Below, in pieces: positions 10,201-19,677 of a DNA stretch of 64,000 nucleotides. Numbering within the stretch: the first letter of the stretch is position 1; each line of letters starts with the position of its first letter. A program made the position numbers and the translations under genes. The DNA comes from a virus: IMG/VR virus record IMGVR_UViG_3300009151_000044, positions 30,009 to 94,008 of that record. One strand, given 5' to 3'. The notes under the pieces are model-generated. The model saw only the letters and a list, made by a program, of their open reading frames with translations. It was not told where the DNA came from and made no database searches.

Positions 10201-11083
10201 AATCATTGAACAAGATGTTATATTTCTCAGTTACGATGAACCAAATGCTGAAAAAAACTACGCAGATTTATGTAATAAACTACCGTGGGCTAAACGTGTT
10301 CACGGTGTAAAAGGCAGCGATGCTGCACACAAAGCCTGCGCCGCGCTAAGTGACACTGAGTACTTTGTTACTGTAGATGCTGACAACATAGTCGATACAG
10401 AATTTTTTAAAATTGAAATAGATCTAGACGAATTGAATTTAACCCCGGACCATGTGTTTAGTTGGTGTGGTAGTGTTCATGTTAATGGATTAAGGTATGG
10501 CAATGGCGGCCTTAAACTATGGACACGTAAATTTGTTAACAATATGAAAACACACGAAAATTCAAATCCAGATGACACTAAAGGGCTAGTTGAATTTTGT
10601 TTTGATGACAAGTATTATCAATTTAACGAAAACTACAGCGAAAGTTATACTAATGCCAGCCCCTTTCAAGCATGGAGAGCAGGATTTCGTGAAGGTGTAA
10701 AAATGAGCTTAGATCAGGGTGCTAAGGTAAAAGACCTTAAAACTATTTGGTGGCAAAATTACGATCGATTATTAATATGGTGTAATGTAGGTGCCGATGT
10801 TGAACATGGATTATGGTCAATGTACGGAGCCAGAGAAGGCGCATATTTAACCAACTGTACAGATTGGGATTATGCTAATGTGCGCGACTTTGAATGGCTT
10901 ACTAATGAGTGGGAAACTACGTATAGTAAAATTACAACAGATATGTTGCCGTATGAAATTATGGGATTAGGTGAAACATTAATTCACGAATGCGGTCTAG
11001 AAATAACAACATTAGACTCTAACAGCAGTAAATTTTTTAAAACAGTTTATAACAACACTCCTCGTAGAATAAGAAAACGATAA
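10187..11083 (+). CDS. GT-A-like glycosyltransferase
   Basis: FLSYDEPNA..RVHGVKG..AH..FVTVDADN (DxD)..NGLRYGNGGLKLW..AWRAGFREGVK. Confidence 0.65.
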   Translation: MSKIKIIEQDVIFLSYDEPNAEKNYADLCNKLPWAKRVHGVKGSDAAHKACAALSDTEYFVTVDADNIVDTEFFKIEIDLDELNLTPDHVFSWCGSVHVNGLRYGNGGLKLWTRKFVNNMKTHENSNPDDTKGLVEFCFDDKYYQFNENYSESYTNASPFQAWRAGFREGVKMSLDQGAKVKDLKTIWWQNYDRLLIWCNVGADVEHGLWSMYGAREGAYLTNCTDWDYANVRDFEWLTNEWETTYSKITTDMLPYEIMGLGETLIHECGLEITTLDSNSSKFFKTVYNNTPRRIRKR

Positions 11084-13119
11084 TGTACGATATAATTTTT
11101 ATTACCACTAGTAGTAATGCAAGCATAGAAAGATATAAAAAATTTAAATTTTTTTATCCACTGGCTAAACAAGCAAAGACCTACGACGAAGCAAAGACAA
11201 AATCTCTTACAAAATTATTTTGGTTAGTGTGGTATGATGTAGAAGTATTACCATCATTTAATTTTACTTACGAAGTGCCGGATTGGGATCAAAAATATAT
11301 CCATATATTTAAACATGATGCTTCGTTTGCCTGTGTTGGAATATGCCTATCATCGAAAGAAATCAATATATCAAAAAGAGAATTTGATTATCGATACATT
11401 ATTAACAATAAAAAAGAAATAGACATTCCAGCAACAACCACTAGAAAATATGAGATATTTTGTATTGATACATACAAAGAATATTTAGACGCGATAGAAC
11501 GCTGTACAACTGATATGTTTTGGATGATTTCTAATAAGATATCAGTGGTTGACGATTTTAAATTTGATATCACCTTTGATCCATTTGATGGAAAGTATGA
11601 CTATGACCGTAATGAGAATCATGCGTTCATTCATAGAGGAAATGGAAAAGATACGTATAACGGAGTATTCTTACTTTCTAAAAATAAACTATTGAGTAAA
11701 CGAGAAGTTGAATATAGATTTCCAGTACAACGTAAAGAATGGGATATTGTTGCTAGCATCACTAAAACTTATGAGATATTTTGTATTGATACTTATAAAG
11801 AATATTTAGACGCAATGGAAAGCTGTACGACTGGTATGTTTTGGATGACTTCAAAAAAAATAGCGATCGACCCAGATTTTAAATTTGATATCACCTTTGA
11901 TCCATTTGATGGAAAGTATGACTATGACCGTAATGAGAATCATGTGTTTATTCACAGAGACAACGGGAAAGATACGTATAACGGAGTATTCTTACTTTCT
12001 AAAAATAAACCATTAAGTAAACGGGAAATTGAACATAGATTTCCAGTACACCGTAAAGAATGGGATATTGTTGCCAGCGTTCCGCCAGAATACGAAAAAT
12101 TTACGTTAGATACTTATAACGATTATCTAAATGCAGTTTCTAGCTCAAACACTGAATTATTTTGGAATATTCCGTCTAATGTAACTGTTAATCCTAATTT
12201 TAAATTTAATTTGTTTTTTGGAAAAGAAGAAGAAGAGTATACTTACGATAAGAATATAAACCATTTATTTTTAAATGGTGAACACTATGACGGGGTTACG
12301 TTATACAGCACTCATTCTATAGTAACTGAACGAGAATTTACCAACAGATTTCCATTAAACAAAAAAGAATGGAATGTGATAGCATCAACACCTAATCCTT
12401 ATGATATTGTGTTTATATCGTATAATGAATCATTTGCTGATGATAATTTTACTAAATTAAAAATACGTTTTCCTCGGGCAATTCGAGTTCACGGAGTTAA
12501 AGGAATTCATCAAGCACACATCGAAGCGGCAAAGTTAGCAACTACAGAAATGTTTTGGGTAGTAGATGCTGACGCAATTATTGAAGATTCTTTTAATTTT
12601 GAATTTGAATATATTCCGTATCGTAATATTCAAAGCAGAAAAATGGTTCGCAGTATTGTTCATGTATGGCAAAGTAAAAATCCAATTAATGGATTGATAT
12701 ACGGCTATGGCGGAGTTAAGTTGTTGCCTAAGGCATTAACAATGCATATGAGTACTACTACTACTGACATGACTACAAGTATAAGTTCTAAATTTAAAGT
12801 AATGCCACAAGTATCAAACATAACTGCTTTTAATACAGATCCATTTAATACTTGGAAATCAGCATTTCGCGAATGTGTTAAGTTATCAAGTAAAGTAATC
12901 GACGGCCAAGTTGATATTGAAACTGAAGAAAGATTAGATGCATGGTGTGTGCTTAATGATGATGTGTCTTATGGGTTTTACGCCTACGCAGGCGCACTCG
13001 CTGGTAAAACATACGGCCAAGAAAATGCCGGCAATTTACCGGCGCTTTCTTTAATTAATGATTTTGATTGGTTACGAACTCAGTTTGATGCTAGTTCAGT
13101 TGCCATCGGAAAAATTTGA
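11083..13119 (+). CDS. GT-A-like protein: degenerate internal repeats plus one complete C-terminal GT-like domain
   Basis: C-terminal domain paralogous to 10187 (FISYNE, RVHGVKGIHQAH, WVVDAD, YGYGGVKL, WKSAFRECVK); about 107-aa repeats upstream. Confidence 0.65.
   Translation: MYDIIFITTSSNASIERYKKFKFFYPLAKQAKTYDEAKTKSLTKLFWLVWYDVEVLPSFNFTYEVPDWDQKYIHIFKHDASFACVGICLSSKEINISKREFDYRYIINNKKEIDIPATTTRKYEIFCIDTYKEYLDAIERCTTDMFWMISNKISVVDDFKFDITFDPFDGKYDYDRNENHAFIHRGNGKDTYNGVFLLSKNKLLSKREVEYRFPVQRKEWDIVASITKTYEIFCIDTYKEYLDAMESCTTGMFWMTSKKIAIDPDFKFDITFDPFDGKYDYDRNENHVFIHRDNGKDTYNGVFLLSKNKPLSKREIEHRFPVHRKEWDIVASVPPEYEKFTLDTYNDYLNAVSSSNTELFWNIPSNVTVNPNFKFNLFFGKEEEEYTYDKNINHLFLNGEHYDGVTLYSTHSIVTEREFTNRFPLNKKEWNVIASTPNPYDIVFISYNESFADDNFTKLKIRFPRAIRVHGVKGIHQAHIEAAKLATTEMFWVVDADAIIEDSFNFEFEYIPYRNIQSRKMVRSIVHVWQSKNPINGLIYGYGGVKLLPKALTMHMSTTTTDMTTSISSKFKVMPQVSNITAFNTDPFNTWKSAFRECVKLSSKVIDGQVDIETEERLDAWCVLNDDVSYGFYAYAGALAGKTYGQENAGNLPALSLINDFDWLRTQFDASSVAIGKI
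11449..12078 (+). repeat. Tandem intragenic duplication, period 321 nt
   Basis: TATGAGATATTTTGTATTGATAC at 11449 and 11770; long identical blocks such as GATTTTAAATTTGATATCACCTTTGATCCATTTGATGGAAAGTATGACTATGACCGTAATGAGAATCATG. Confidence 0.9.
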
Positions 13120-13748
13120 GCGATAACTCGAGCACACGCAATTGCCACTTCTTGATGTTCTTTCTGTGTACCATTAGCACTACGTAGTTCAATAAAATGA
13201 ATCCAGCTACGTAATGTACCATTCATATACAATCGACTTTCAATAAGGCCTTCCGGTAATACAGCCCGAGCTTGTTCTTTTGCTATGCCGTTAACGATAG
13301 CCCACTCGTACTCTCTTTTTGCGGCATAGATGACTCGTTGTTGGGCACGATACCATTCATTTTGTAACAGTTGATCATCGACTGGGACACTGTTCTGTCT
13401 ATTCTTCTCGTCTTGCAACCGTGCTTCTCTACATACAAACGACAGGTCTTTAGTAGGGTCAGCATATCGCTGACTGAACTCTTGGAAGCTGAAACTTCTG
13501 TGTCTAAGGATTTGTCGGGCAATATCTCTGGTTGTAGTAATTTCAATACAGGCACTGACCATTTCGAGAGGGCTCCAGTGTTGGTGTTTGACCAAGTACT
13601 TGATGAGTTTGTCTGACGTCTCTGTGTTGAGCTGATTGGAGGGATTGCTGACACGGGCGCAATACGCAATGAGTTCTTGCGCATCCGCAAGACCCAGCTC
13701 TCTGAATTCCTCTGTAGGTTGGGAATATGATAAAAGTTTAACATTCAT
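13080..13748 (-). CDS. thyX: Flavin-dependent thymidylate synthase
   Basis: HWSPLE, RQILRHRSFSFQEFSQRY (RHRx7S), KEQARAVLP, GTLRSWIHF. Confidence 0.97.
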   Translation of the reverse strand: MNVKLLSYSQPTEEFRELGLADAQELIAYCARVSNPSNQLNTETSDKLIKYLVKHQHWSPLEMVSACIEITTTRDIARQILRHRSFSFQEFSQRYADPTKDLSFVCREARLQDEKNRQNSVPVDDQLLQNEWYRAQQRVIYAAKREYEWAIVNGIAKEQARAVLPEGLIESRLYMNGTLRSWIHFIELRSANGTQKEHQEVAIACARVIAQIFPMATELASN

Positions 13749-14313
13749 TTTTGTTTATTATAATTTTGGTTGCTATTGTAAATCGAGGAAACTCTGCTAT
13801 CTTTGATGGGGTAGTAGCAGAATGCATTAGTACAGAATCAAACACTAGTACTCTACCCGGTTTAACTGTTGATGTAAAAATTGCGTCAACGGAATTAGAG
13901 TCATAAAAAATAGTTTCGCCGTGCCAGTTTGGATCCCAAGTATAGTTTGCATATTGAAGTATCGTATATACTCCTTCTTGGAATGTGTTACAGTCTGCGT
14001 GAATCAGATCAGCTGTGTCTGAGGTAGAATAGTTAACATATTGTCTAACGTCACTAACTTGTTCCCATGGTATAAAATCAATGGTTTTAGAATATTTGTC
14101 TAAGGTAAATTGATATAACATATCATGTTGCCCTAAATTACAAATCCATTTTTTATTAGTTTCGTTTACATTAAATGATAGATCTACATTTGTTCTAGTA
14201 AAATTTAGTTGAGATATAATTGCGTAGATATCAAAATTTTCTTGAGATGAAAATGCGTCATCATACACATAGATTTTTTTATTGTTAAAATTAAATTCTT
14301 TGCAATCGGGCAT
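13738..14313 (-). CDS. 2OG-Fe(II) oxygenase
   Basis: HxD (IHAD), WHGETIF, PGRVLVFDS..H, distal R. Confidence 0.8.
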   Translation of the reverse strand: MPDCKEFNFNNKKIYVYDDAFSSQENFDIYAIISQLNFTRTNVDLSFNVNETNKKWICNLGQHDMLYQFTLDKYSKTIDFIPWEQVSDVRQYVNYSTSDTADLIHADCNTFQEGVYTILQYANYTWDPNWHGETIFYDSNSVDAIFTSTVKPGRVLVFDSVLMHSATTPSKIAEFPRFTIATKIIINKNEC

Positions 14314-14633
14314 TATAATTTTCGATTTTTTAAAAATTTCTCGGTGGATTTTTCTATATCTTTTTTAACTTTAATAGTGTCAAGTTTAAAATCAATATTA
14401 TCAATCCGTTTTTCATATGCCTTAAATAATTCTGACAACGATTTTTCGAAAGATTCCCATCCATCTTTTTTTGTCTTAGCTGTAACTTTTATTTCCCAAG
14501 TCTTGCCATCTTTAAAATTGACCAGTACCGCATGGAGATACCTAAGTGGTAACACGTTGAGCTTTACCTCTCCGAATACTTCTGGCCAATGCTCAATGAC
14601 TTCTTTGGGAAGAATTCTTCCCGCAGTCATCAC
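14313..14633 (-). CDS. Hypothetical protein
   Basis: 106-aa ORF translationally coupled in the operon. Confidence 0.6.
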   Translation of the reverse strand: MMTAGRILPKEVIEHWPEVFGEVKLNVLPLRYLHAVLVNFKDGKTWEIKVTAKTKKDGWESFEKSLSELFKAYEKRIDNIDFKLDTIKVKKDIEKSTEKFLKNRKL

Positions 14634-15232
14634 TTAGCTTTTTTGGTCGGAACCAACTCCTCGGCCAAACGGCGCATAGCGGCAGCTTCTTTAGCAAGTT
14701 TATCAGCTTGTGAACGATAAAACTTGGCTTGATCTTCTGGAGTACCTGTTGGAGCAACTACTGGTTGAGCTATTTCAGGAGCACTTGTTGTAAGTTCTTT
14801 AGCAGATGCTACTTCAGTTAGTTTAGCAGTATCACCTAACCCTGGAGCAATAGATAATCCATCTACGGCAATACCGCGTTGTTCTGCGATGATCTGATTT
14901 AATTCAGAAAGTAAAATAGACACACCAATTGACGGAGTCATTTCAATCTGATCAGTACCAACTTTAATTAGTCGACCTTTTGAATGTAGACTTGGCAACA
15001 TACGGCTTCCGTCTGGAAATTGTGTGCGATCTAATGCTTCGGCAAACTCATATGCTTCTTGAGCGGTTGCGCTTTCGACCAAATTAATGAGAGCATTATG
15101 ATATTGGTCATCTAGGCTTTCAGTCGGTACGACTAGTGCGCTATATGCGTCACCTGGTAGAGTTCTATAAGCAACAAGTACTTTCTTATTTGATGCTTTG
15201 ATTCTACCTACGTGTTTTAATGATTGTGCCAT
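14630..15232 (-). CDS. Hypothetical protein
   Basis: Start moved to MAQSLK at 15232 (GGAG RBS). Confidence 0.6.
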   Translation of the reverse strand: MAQSLKHVGRIKASNKKVLVAYRTLPGDAYSALVVPTESLDDQYHNALINLVESATAQEAYEFAEALDRTQFPDGSRMLPSLHSKGRLIKVGTDQIEMTPSIGVSILLSELNQIIAEQRGIAVDGLSIAPGLGDTAKLTEVASAKELTTSAPEIAQPVVAPTGTPEDQAKFYRSQADKLAKEAAAMRRLAEELVPTKKAK

Positions 15233-15233
15233 A

Positions 15234-15467
15234 TTAGGCTCCTTGTTTAGATGCTTCTGCTTGTTTAGCAACTTGATCTAAGAATGTTGTTAGTTTGTTA
15301 TATGTTTGCCCTACAACAGCCATTTCGTTTGGTTTAAATGCGCCTCGAGAGCTAGCAATATCAATAATAACTTTCATTGCGTTAAGATCGTTAATATTAA
15401 GTTCGGCCGCATTTTCTTGCGATTGTTCTGTTGTTGCTTCTTGATTTGTTTCCACTTGATCAGTCAT
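15234..15467 (-). CDS. Hypothetical protein
   Basis: 77 aa with AAGGAG RBS; ASSRGAFKPNEM motif. Confidence 0.6.
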   Translation of the reverse strand: MTDQVETNQEATTEQSQENAAELNINDLNAMKVIIDIASSRGAFKPNEMAVVGQTYNKLTTFLDQVAKQAEASKQGA

Positions 15468-15498
15468 GGTATCTCCTTAAATTAAGTGTGTATATAAT

Positions 15499-15786
15499 TT
15501 ATCTCAATTGTAAATGTGGACAGGCAATTGTGAAGAAGCTGAGTTCTTTTTCACTTTCAAAGCCGATTCTTGTAGTATATACGATAGTATTAGTATAATC
15601 TAAAGCTAGATCTTGCCCGATATAATACCTATTATTTAGGTTATTCATTATCCACTGATTAACTAATTTAATAAATGTAGGGGTGTGTTTTTCTATTACA
15701 GTATATTTAAAATGAGGAGCGGCAAACTCAACTCTCCGTAAATCAAAATAATTTAAAGGATTAGGTTTGCCATTCTTTAAAGCCAT
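15499..15786 (-). CDS. Hypothetical protein
   Basis: 95-aa ORF abutting the VWA gene. Confidence 0.55.
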   Translation of the reverse strand: MALKNGKPNPLNYFDLRRVEFAAPHFKYTVIEKHTPTFIKLVNQWIMNNLNNRYYIGQDLALDYTNTIVYTTRIGFESEKELSFFTIACPHLQLR

Positions 15787-16989
15787 TTATGCCATTTCCT
15801 TAACTTCTTCGTAGTAAGCGTACTCGCCCCAAGGTGGCACAATAGTATTATTTCCATGAATAATAAAAATAGTATCACAGTAGTTTTCGTCGCCCCACGA
15901 GCTCCAAGGATAACCGTCTGTGAACATGATAAACTTTTTAGGTTGAATATCGTGTTCTTTCATATAATCCCAGTTAGCATCAAACTCAGTACCGCCACCG
16001 CCCATGACTTCATAGTCGTCAAACTCGTCCATGGTGTAACCGTCAAAGTCTGCTTCGTTATATACCTTAGTGTCAAAGCACCAAACCTTAATTTTAAAGT
16101 CTTTGTACTCTTCCATAATGCCTTTAATTTCTGTTAGGAAATCTTTAGCTTGTTCGTCGCCAATTGAACCAGACATGTCGATTGATACACAGATATCAAT
16201 TGTTTCCTGAAATTGTGTACCTGGCAAAATAGCACTCATATGCCAGCCTTTGCGGTTAGGGCGCATGAATGAATAATCGTTTTTAATGGTGCTTTGAATT
16301 TGTTGACGCAAAATTTCACGCCAGTTCATCTTAGGCTCAGTAAGTTCTTTGATCATACGTTGAACGCTGGCAGGTGTATTCCCAGCACCCGCCGCCTGCG
16401 CCGCTTGCATTGTTGCTTCACGAATTTCGTCACGGATTTGTTTTAATTCATCTTTTGTATACGACGGTTTACCTTGACCATCTTTACCATCTTTACCATC
16501 TTTATCGCCCCAGTCGATATGATCATCAAGTAATTGACCAAGAGCGTCTAATTCTTGTTCGTCCATCTCGTCAAATATCTTGTCGTAGACTTCTTCAGCA
16601 CCCATACCGTAGTACTTTTGATCATGGAAAATTGTAATGCCTTTAATTTGATGATCACCAATATGATCGCGAACTAATTGTCCATTAACACAATAGTCGG
16701 CGGCAATGTTAAAAATACGTGCATTACGTCCTTCTTTACGACCCATATGGTCAAATACGTTATGAAGAATTTCGTGAGCAATAACAAATTCCACTTGTTT
16801 AGTAGTAAGTGGTTCGAAAAATGTGCGATTAAAATAAATGGTTCTGCCGTCTGTGGCAGCGGTGCCCATCCATTCAGAGCCTTCTTCAATTTTCAAACGT
16901 GTAGCCATGTTGCCAAAAAATGGATGACGAAGTAGCAGACCTACTCGGGCTACAATAATTTTATCAATAATTGGATCATTGTGTGACAT
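15787..16989 (-). CDS. HExxH metallopeptidase-like + VWA domain protein (DUF2201-type)
   Basis: TAATDGR, AHEILH, NIAADYCVN; MIDAS DMSGS, GGGGTEF, FTDGY. Confidence 0.85.
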   Translation of the reverse strand: MSHNDPIIDKIIVARVGLLLRHPFFGNMATRLKIEEGSEWMGTAATDGRTIYFNRTFFEPLTTKQVEFVIAHEILHNVFDHMGRKEGRNARIFNIAADYCVNGQLVRDHIGDHQIKGITIFHDQKYYGMGAEEVYDKIFDEMDEQELDALGQLLDDHIDWGDKDGKDGKDGQGKPSYTKDELKQIRDEIREATMQAAQAAGAGNTPASVQRMIKELTEPKMNWREILRQQIQSTIKNDYSFMRPNRKGWHMSAILPGTQFQETIDICVSIDMSGSIGDEQAKDFLTEIKGIMEEYKDFKIKVWCFDTKVYNEADFDGYTMDEFDDYEVMGGGGTEFDANWDYMKEHDIQPKKFIMFTDGYPWSSWGDENYCDTIFIIHGNNTIVPPWGEYAYYEEVKEMA

Positions 16990-17019
16990 ATCTACTCCTG
17001 ATGTTTGCTGTATGTATAT

Positions 17020-17048
17020 ATTATAACAGGACCCGAAGGTCCTGTCAA
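17020..17048 (-). promoter_or_regulatory. Consensus sigma70 promoter with palindromic spacer
   Basis: Minus strand TTGACA-ggaccttcgggtcctgt(17 nt)-TATAAT; ACAGGACC-TTCG-GGTCCTGT hairpin. Confidence 0.85.
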
Positions 17049-17063
17049 TTGGTTTTATAACTG

Positions 17064-18164
17064 TTAACGACTTTCTTTTTCTGTAGCCGCCGCAATGTAC
17101 TTACCAAATTTAGAGTGGAATGCATCGAAGCACTCAATTTCGTCCGGATCCAACGGCAATTTGTAAGTGCTCAATGCCAATTTAGTACCCATAATGACCA
17201 ACTCAGTTTCAAAGTTATTCATAATGAATTCAAAGAAGTTGTTAACTTGTTTGTTCCAATCTTTAGCACCTTTGTCGCAACTATCTTTGAGCTCGTAGCA
17301 TAATGCTACAGTAAGTGAATACATAGCTGAGATCTCTTTCGAATCCATCTTCTTAACTTTGCCATTCAAAATGTCAGTAGGGTTAGGCATCTTGCTGGCG
17401 TGTTTACGGTGCGCCATAAATTTAATAGCCAGACCCTCACCGATTGATCCTGAAGTTAGGTCAGTTAATGTATCGGCATCAGTGTCGTCATCTACAAGTA
17501 GTTCACTAACAAATGACCAACTACGTGGCGTAGCAAAGGCACGTGAGCTAGACTTTGGATCAAAGTCATATAAGTCTTTCTTGCTGAAAGTCAAAAAGCC
17601 CACAACATCTTTATGGATCTTATTAAGTACAGCCCATTCGTTCCAGTCTTCCCATTCAACTTGCATTTCCAAGTGAACAAAACGATTAGCCAACGGAGCA
17701 GGCATACGATAAGTAACACCCTTGTCAGTTTCACGGTTACCGGCCGCAACCATTACTACGTTATCGGGCAATTCATAAGTACCGACCTTACGGTTAAGAA
17801 CTAGTTGATAAGCCGCGGCTTGTACGCTAGGTGCGGCACTATTCATTTCGTCCATAAACAAGATAATTTGTTTATGTTGTTTGGCAAACTCTTTACTTGG
17901 TAACTCGCCAGGAGGCGCCCATACCATAGTGCCCGAGTTGCTATCAAAATATGGAATACCTTTGATATCAGTAGGTTCCCAAAGAGAAAGACGAACGTCA
18001 ATCACGTGAGCTTCTAACTCGTCGCCGAGTTGTTTAATAATATCGGATTTGCCAATACCTGGAGGACCCCAGAGGAAAATTGGACGCTTGTTTTTAAAAG
18101 CCTTACGTAGAGACTTTTTAGCGTTTTTTGGGCCTACTGTGCGGCTAAGAATTTCTGCTGCCAT
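17064..18164 (-). CDS. MoxR/dynein-related AAA+ ATPase
   Basis: Walker A GPPGIGKS, Walker B ILFMDE, AAGN, PLANRF. Confidence 0.9.
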   Translation of the reverse strand: MAAEILSRTVGPKNAKKSLRKAFKNKRPIFLWGPPGIGKSDIIKQLGDELEAHVIDVRLSLWEPTDIKGIPYFDSNSGTMVWAPPGELPSKEFAKQHKQIILFMDEMNSAAPSVQAAAYQLVLNRKVGTYELPDNVVMVAAGNRETDKGVTYRMPAPLANRFVHLEMQVEWEDWNEWAVLNKIHKDVVGFLTFSKKDLYDFDPKSSSRAFATPRSWSFVSELLVDDDTDADTLTDLTSGSIGEGLAIKFMAHRKHASKMPNPTDILNGKVKKMDSKEISAMYSLTVALCYELKDSCDKGAKDWNKQVNNFFEFIMNNFETELVIMGTKLALSTYKLPLDPDEIECFDAFHSKFGKYIAAATEKESR

Positions 18165-18214
18165 TTTACATTTCCTTAAAGTTTAGCGGGGTTAAAAATT
18201 TACTTTATGTAGCT

Positions 18215-18243
18215 ATTATACAGCTACCTCGAGGAAGTGTCAA
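18215..18243 (-). promoter_or_regulatory. Consensus sigma70 promoter, -10 inside an inverted repeat
   Basis: TTGACA-17 nt-TATAAT; GTAGCT/AGCTAC arms (18209-18227) flank the -10. Confidence 0.85.
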
Positions 18244-18647
18244 GCGGTATTTTCAGAATCTATTTCTTTTTGTCGCTCATTCATTGCTTTTATGAGCCCA
18301 AATTTTCGTATATCGTCTGAAAACAACATTAGCTCAAAACTCTTCTTTTCCGAAAAGACAGTAATACTTTGGTTAGTTAGCAAGTAAGGACAGTCAATAT
18401 ATCTTTCCAAAAAGATAATTGTCTGTGGACTAAGTTCGATTGGTTCAGTAAATGGAATCTCGTATTCCTTTAATTCTAACTCACTAGTCAAAAACATGTA
18501 CCCTTCTTCACTAAGCCGAAAGGCAGTTTGTTTGTTCACTCGATTTGATTGCCACCACTTATGCGAATATAGATTTACATTAGTTTCGTCTACACTCTTA
18601 CCCCACTGTTGTAAGAATATTTTGGTTAGCACATCTCTGGTTATCAT
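18240..18647 (-). CDS. Hypothetical protein
   Basis: 135-aa ORF coupled in the operon. Confidence 0.6.
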   Translation of the reverse strand: MITRDVLTKIFLQQWGKSVDETNVNLYSHKWWQSNRVNKQTAFRLSEEGYMFLTSELELKEYEIPFTEPIELSPQTIIFLERYIDCPYLLTNQSITVFSEKKSFELMLFSDDIRKFGLIKAMNERQKEIDSENTA

Positions 18648-18928
18648 TTTACGATAGTGCCAGAAGTTAATTTAACAACCTGAAAATCTTCAGATCCAAA
18701 TGTTAAATTTAATTTCTTAGCAAGATTTACTGCGTGACCCGGATTAGAGAAGCTGGTCTTTTTATACTTTGGCCCAGGATAGCTGGTAAGACTGTTGAAC
18801 GATTTTAGATTGAATGGCTCGTTCTTATAGAATACGGCCCAGATAGCATCTGCTTCTAAAACTTGTTCAGCTTTATACGTTTTTTTGTTGGTGTACTCTA
18901 ATAGTACTTTAGGTTTAGGTCTGCTCAT
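18644..18928 (-). CDS. Hypothetical protein
   Basis: Likely start MSRPKPKV at 18928, downstream of GATAAATA (18957-18964). Confidence 0.6.
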   Translation of the reverse strand: MSRPKPKVLLEYTNKKTYKAEQVLEADAIWAVFYKNEPFNLKSFNSLTSYPGPKYKKTSFSNPGHAVNLAKKLNLTFGSEDFQVVKLTSGTIVK

Positions 18929-18965
18929 ATATGCGTATCCAAATAATATACGCATATATTTATCT

Positions 18966-19214
18966 TTATTTAGGCAGTTCGAATCCGCCACCGTCCATCT
19001 CTACAGATATAACTTCAGAGTCTACGCTACGTTTAAGAGCACTATACATGCTTTCGTAGTCTTGGTTCATTTTATCCATCATCTCGGCAAGTGCTAAACC
19101 AAGCATCCTAGCCTGTTGTAAAGACATTTTAACTTCTTTACTTTGAGCTTGTTCAGCACTTCTAACCTGTTGTATAAATTGTGTAACAGGGCTTAAATTA
19201 ATCTGATTTTGCAT
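18966..19214 (-). CDS. Hypothetical protein
   Basis: 82 aa ending in MDGGGF; in operon. Confidence 0.55.
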   Translation of the reverse strand: MQNQINLSPVTQFIQQVRSAEQAQSKEVKMSLQQARMLGLALAEMMDKMNQDYESMYSALKRSVDSEVISVEMDGGGFELPK

Positions 19215-19677
19215 TTGACAGTACCTGTTTCATTTCAATTTCTGATTTAAATGGGCCTTTGTATGGGTAACGTTCAACAGTAATTGCTTTTGGACAAAAA
19301 CTTTTAACCCAGCCCTTGTCAAATTTAATTACATAGTAACCAGCACAATATAGACTCTTACTAGCATTTGATTTAGTAAACAACGGTAGTTTACGCCTTA
19401 CATCGTACATGCTGTTATACGGACTACAACTTGTTGGGTAACTGTGACACTCATACGGAGCAGAATGTGTTACCTTAACTTTGGTACTGGTTAAGAAAAA
19501 CTGTTCTCCAAACTGTTTAGTTAAGTCTTGTTTTTTATTAAACATGACTTCTCCCTTAGTACTACTCAAAACAAATTTATTATTTTCTTTTTTATGTAGG
19601 GTAGCAATCTTAGATCCGCCTTGCTCTACGATCCAAAATTTGCCGTCTACGATCGGCTTTGCGTGAATATCTGTCAT
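19198..19677 (-). CDS. Hypothetical protein
   Basis: 159 aa coupled to rnh. Confidence 0.6.
   Translation of the reverse strand: MTDIHAKPIVDGKFWIVEQGGSKIATLHKKENNKFVLSSTKGEVMFNKKQDLTKQFGEQFFLTSTKVKVTHSAPYECHSYPTSCSPYNSMYDVRRKLPLFTKSNASKSLYCAGYYVIKFDKGWVKSFCPKAITVERYPYKGPFKSEIEMKQVLSNAKSD

Noticed and set aside
11449-12078. Repeat pair as a diversity-generating retroelement TR/VR
   Set aside because: Both copies are in frame within one gene, differences are not confined to adenines, and no reverse transcriptase is in the window.
16477-16506. Short tandem repeat ACCATCTTT
   Set aside because: Encodes a KDG low-complexity linker in the VWA protein; unit length is a multiple of three, so no phase variation.
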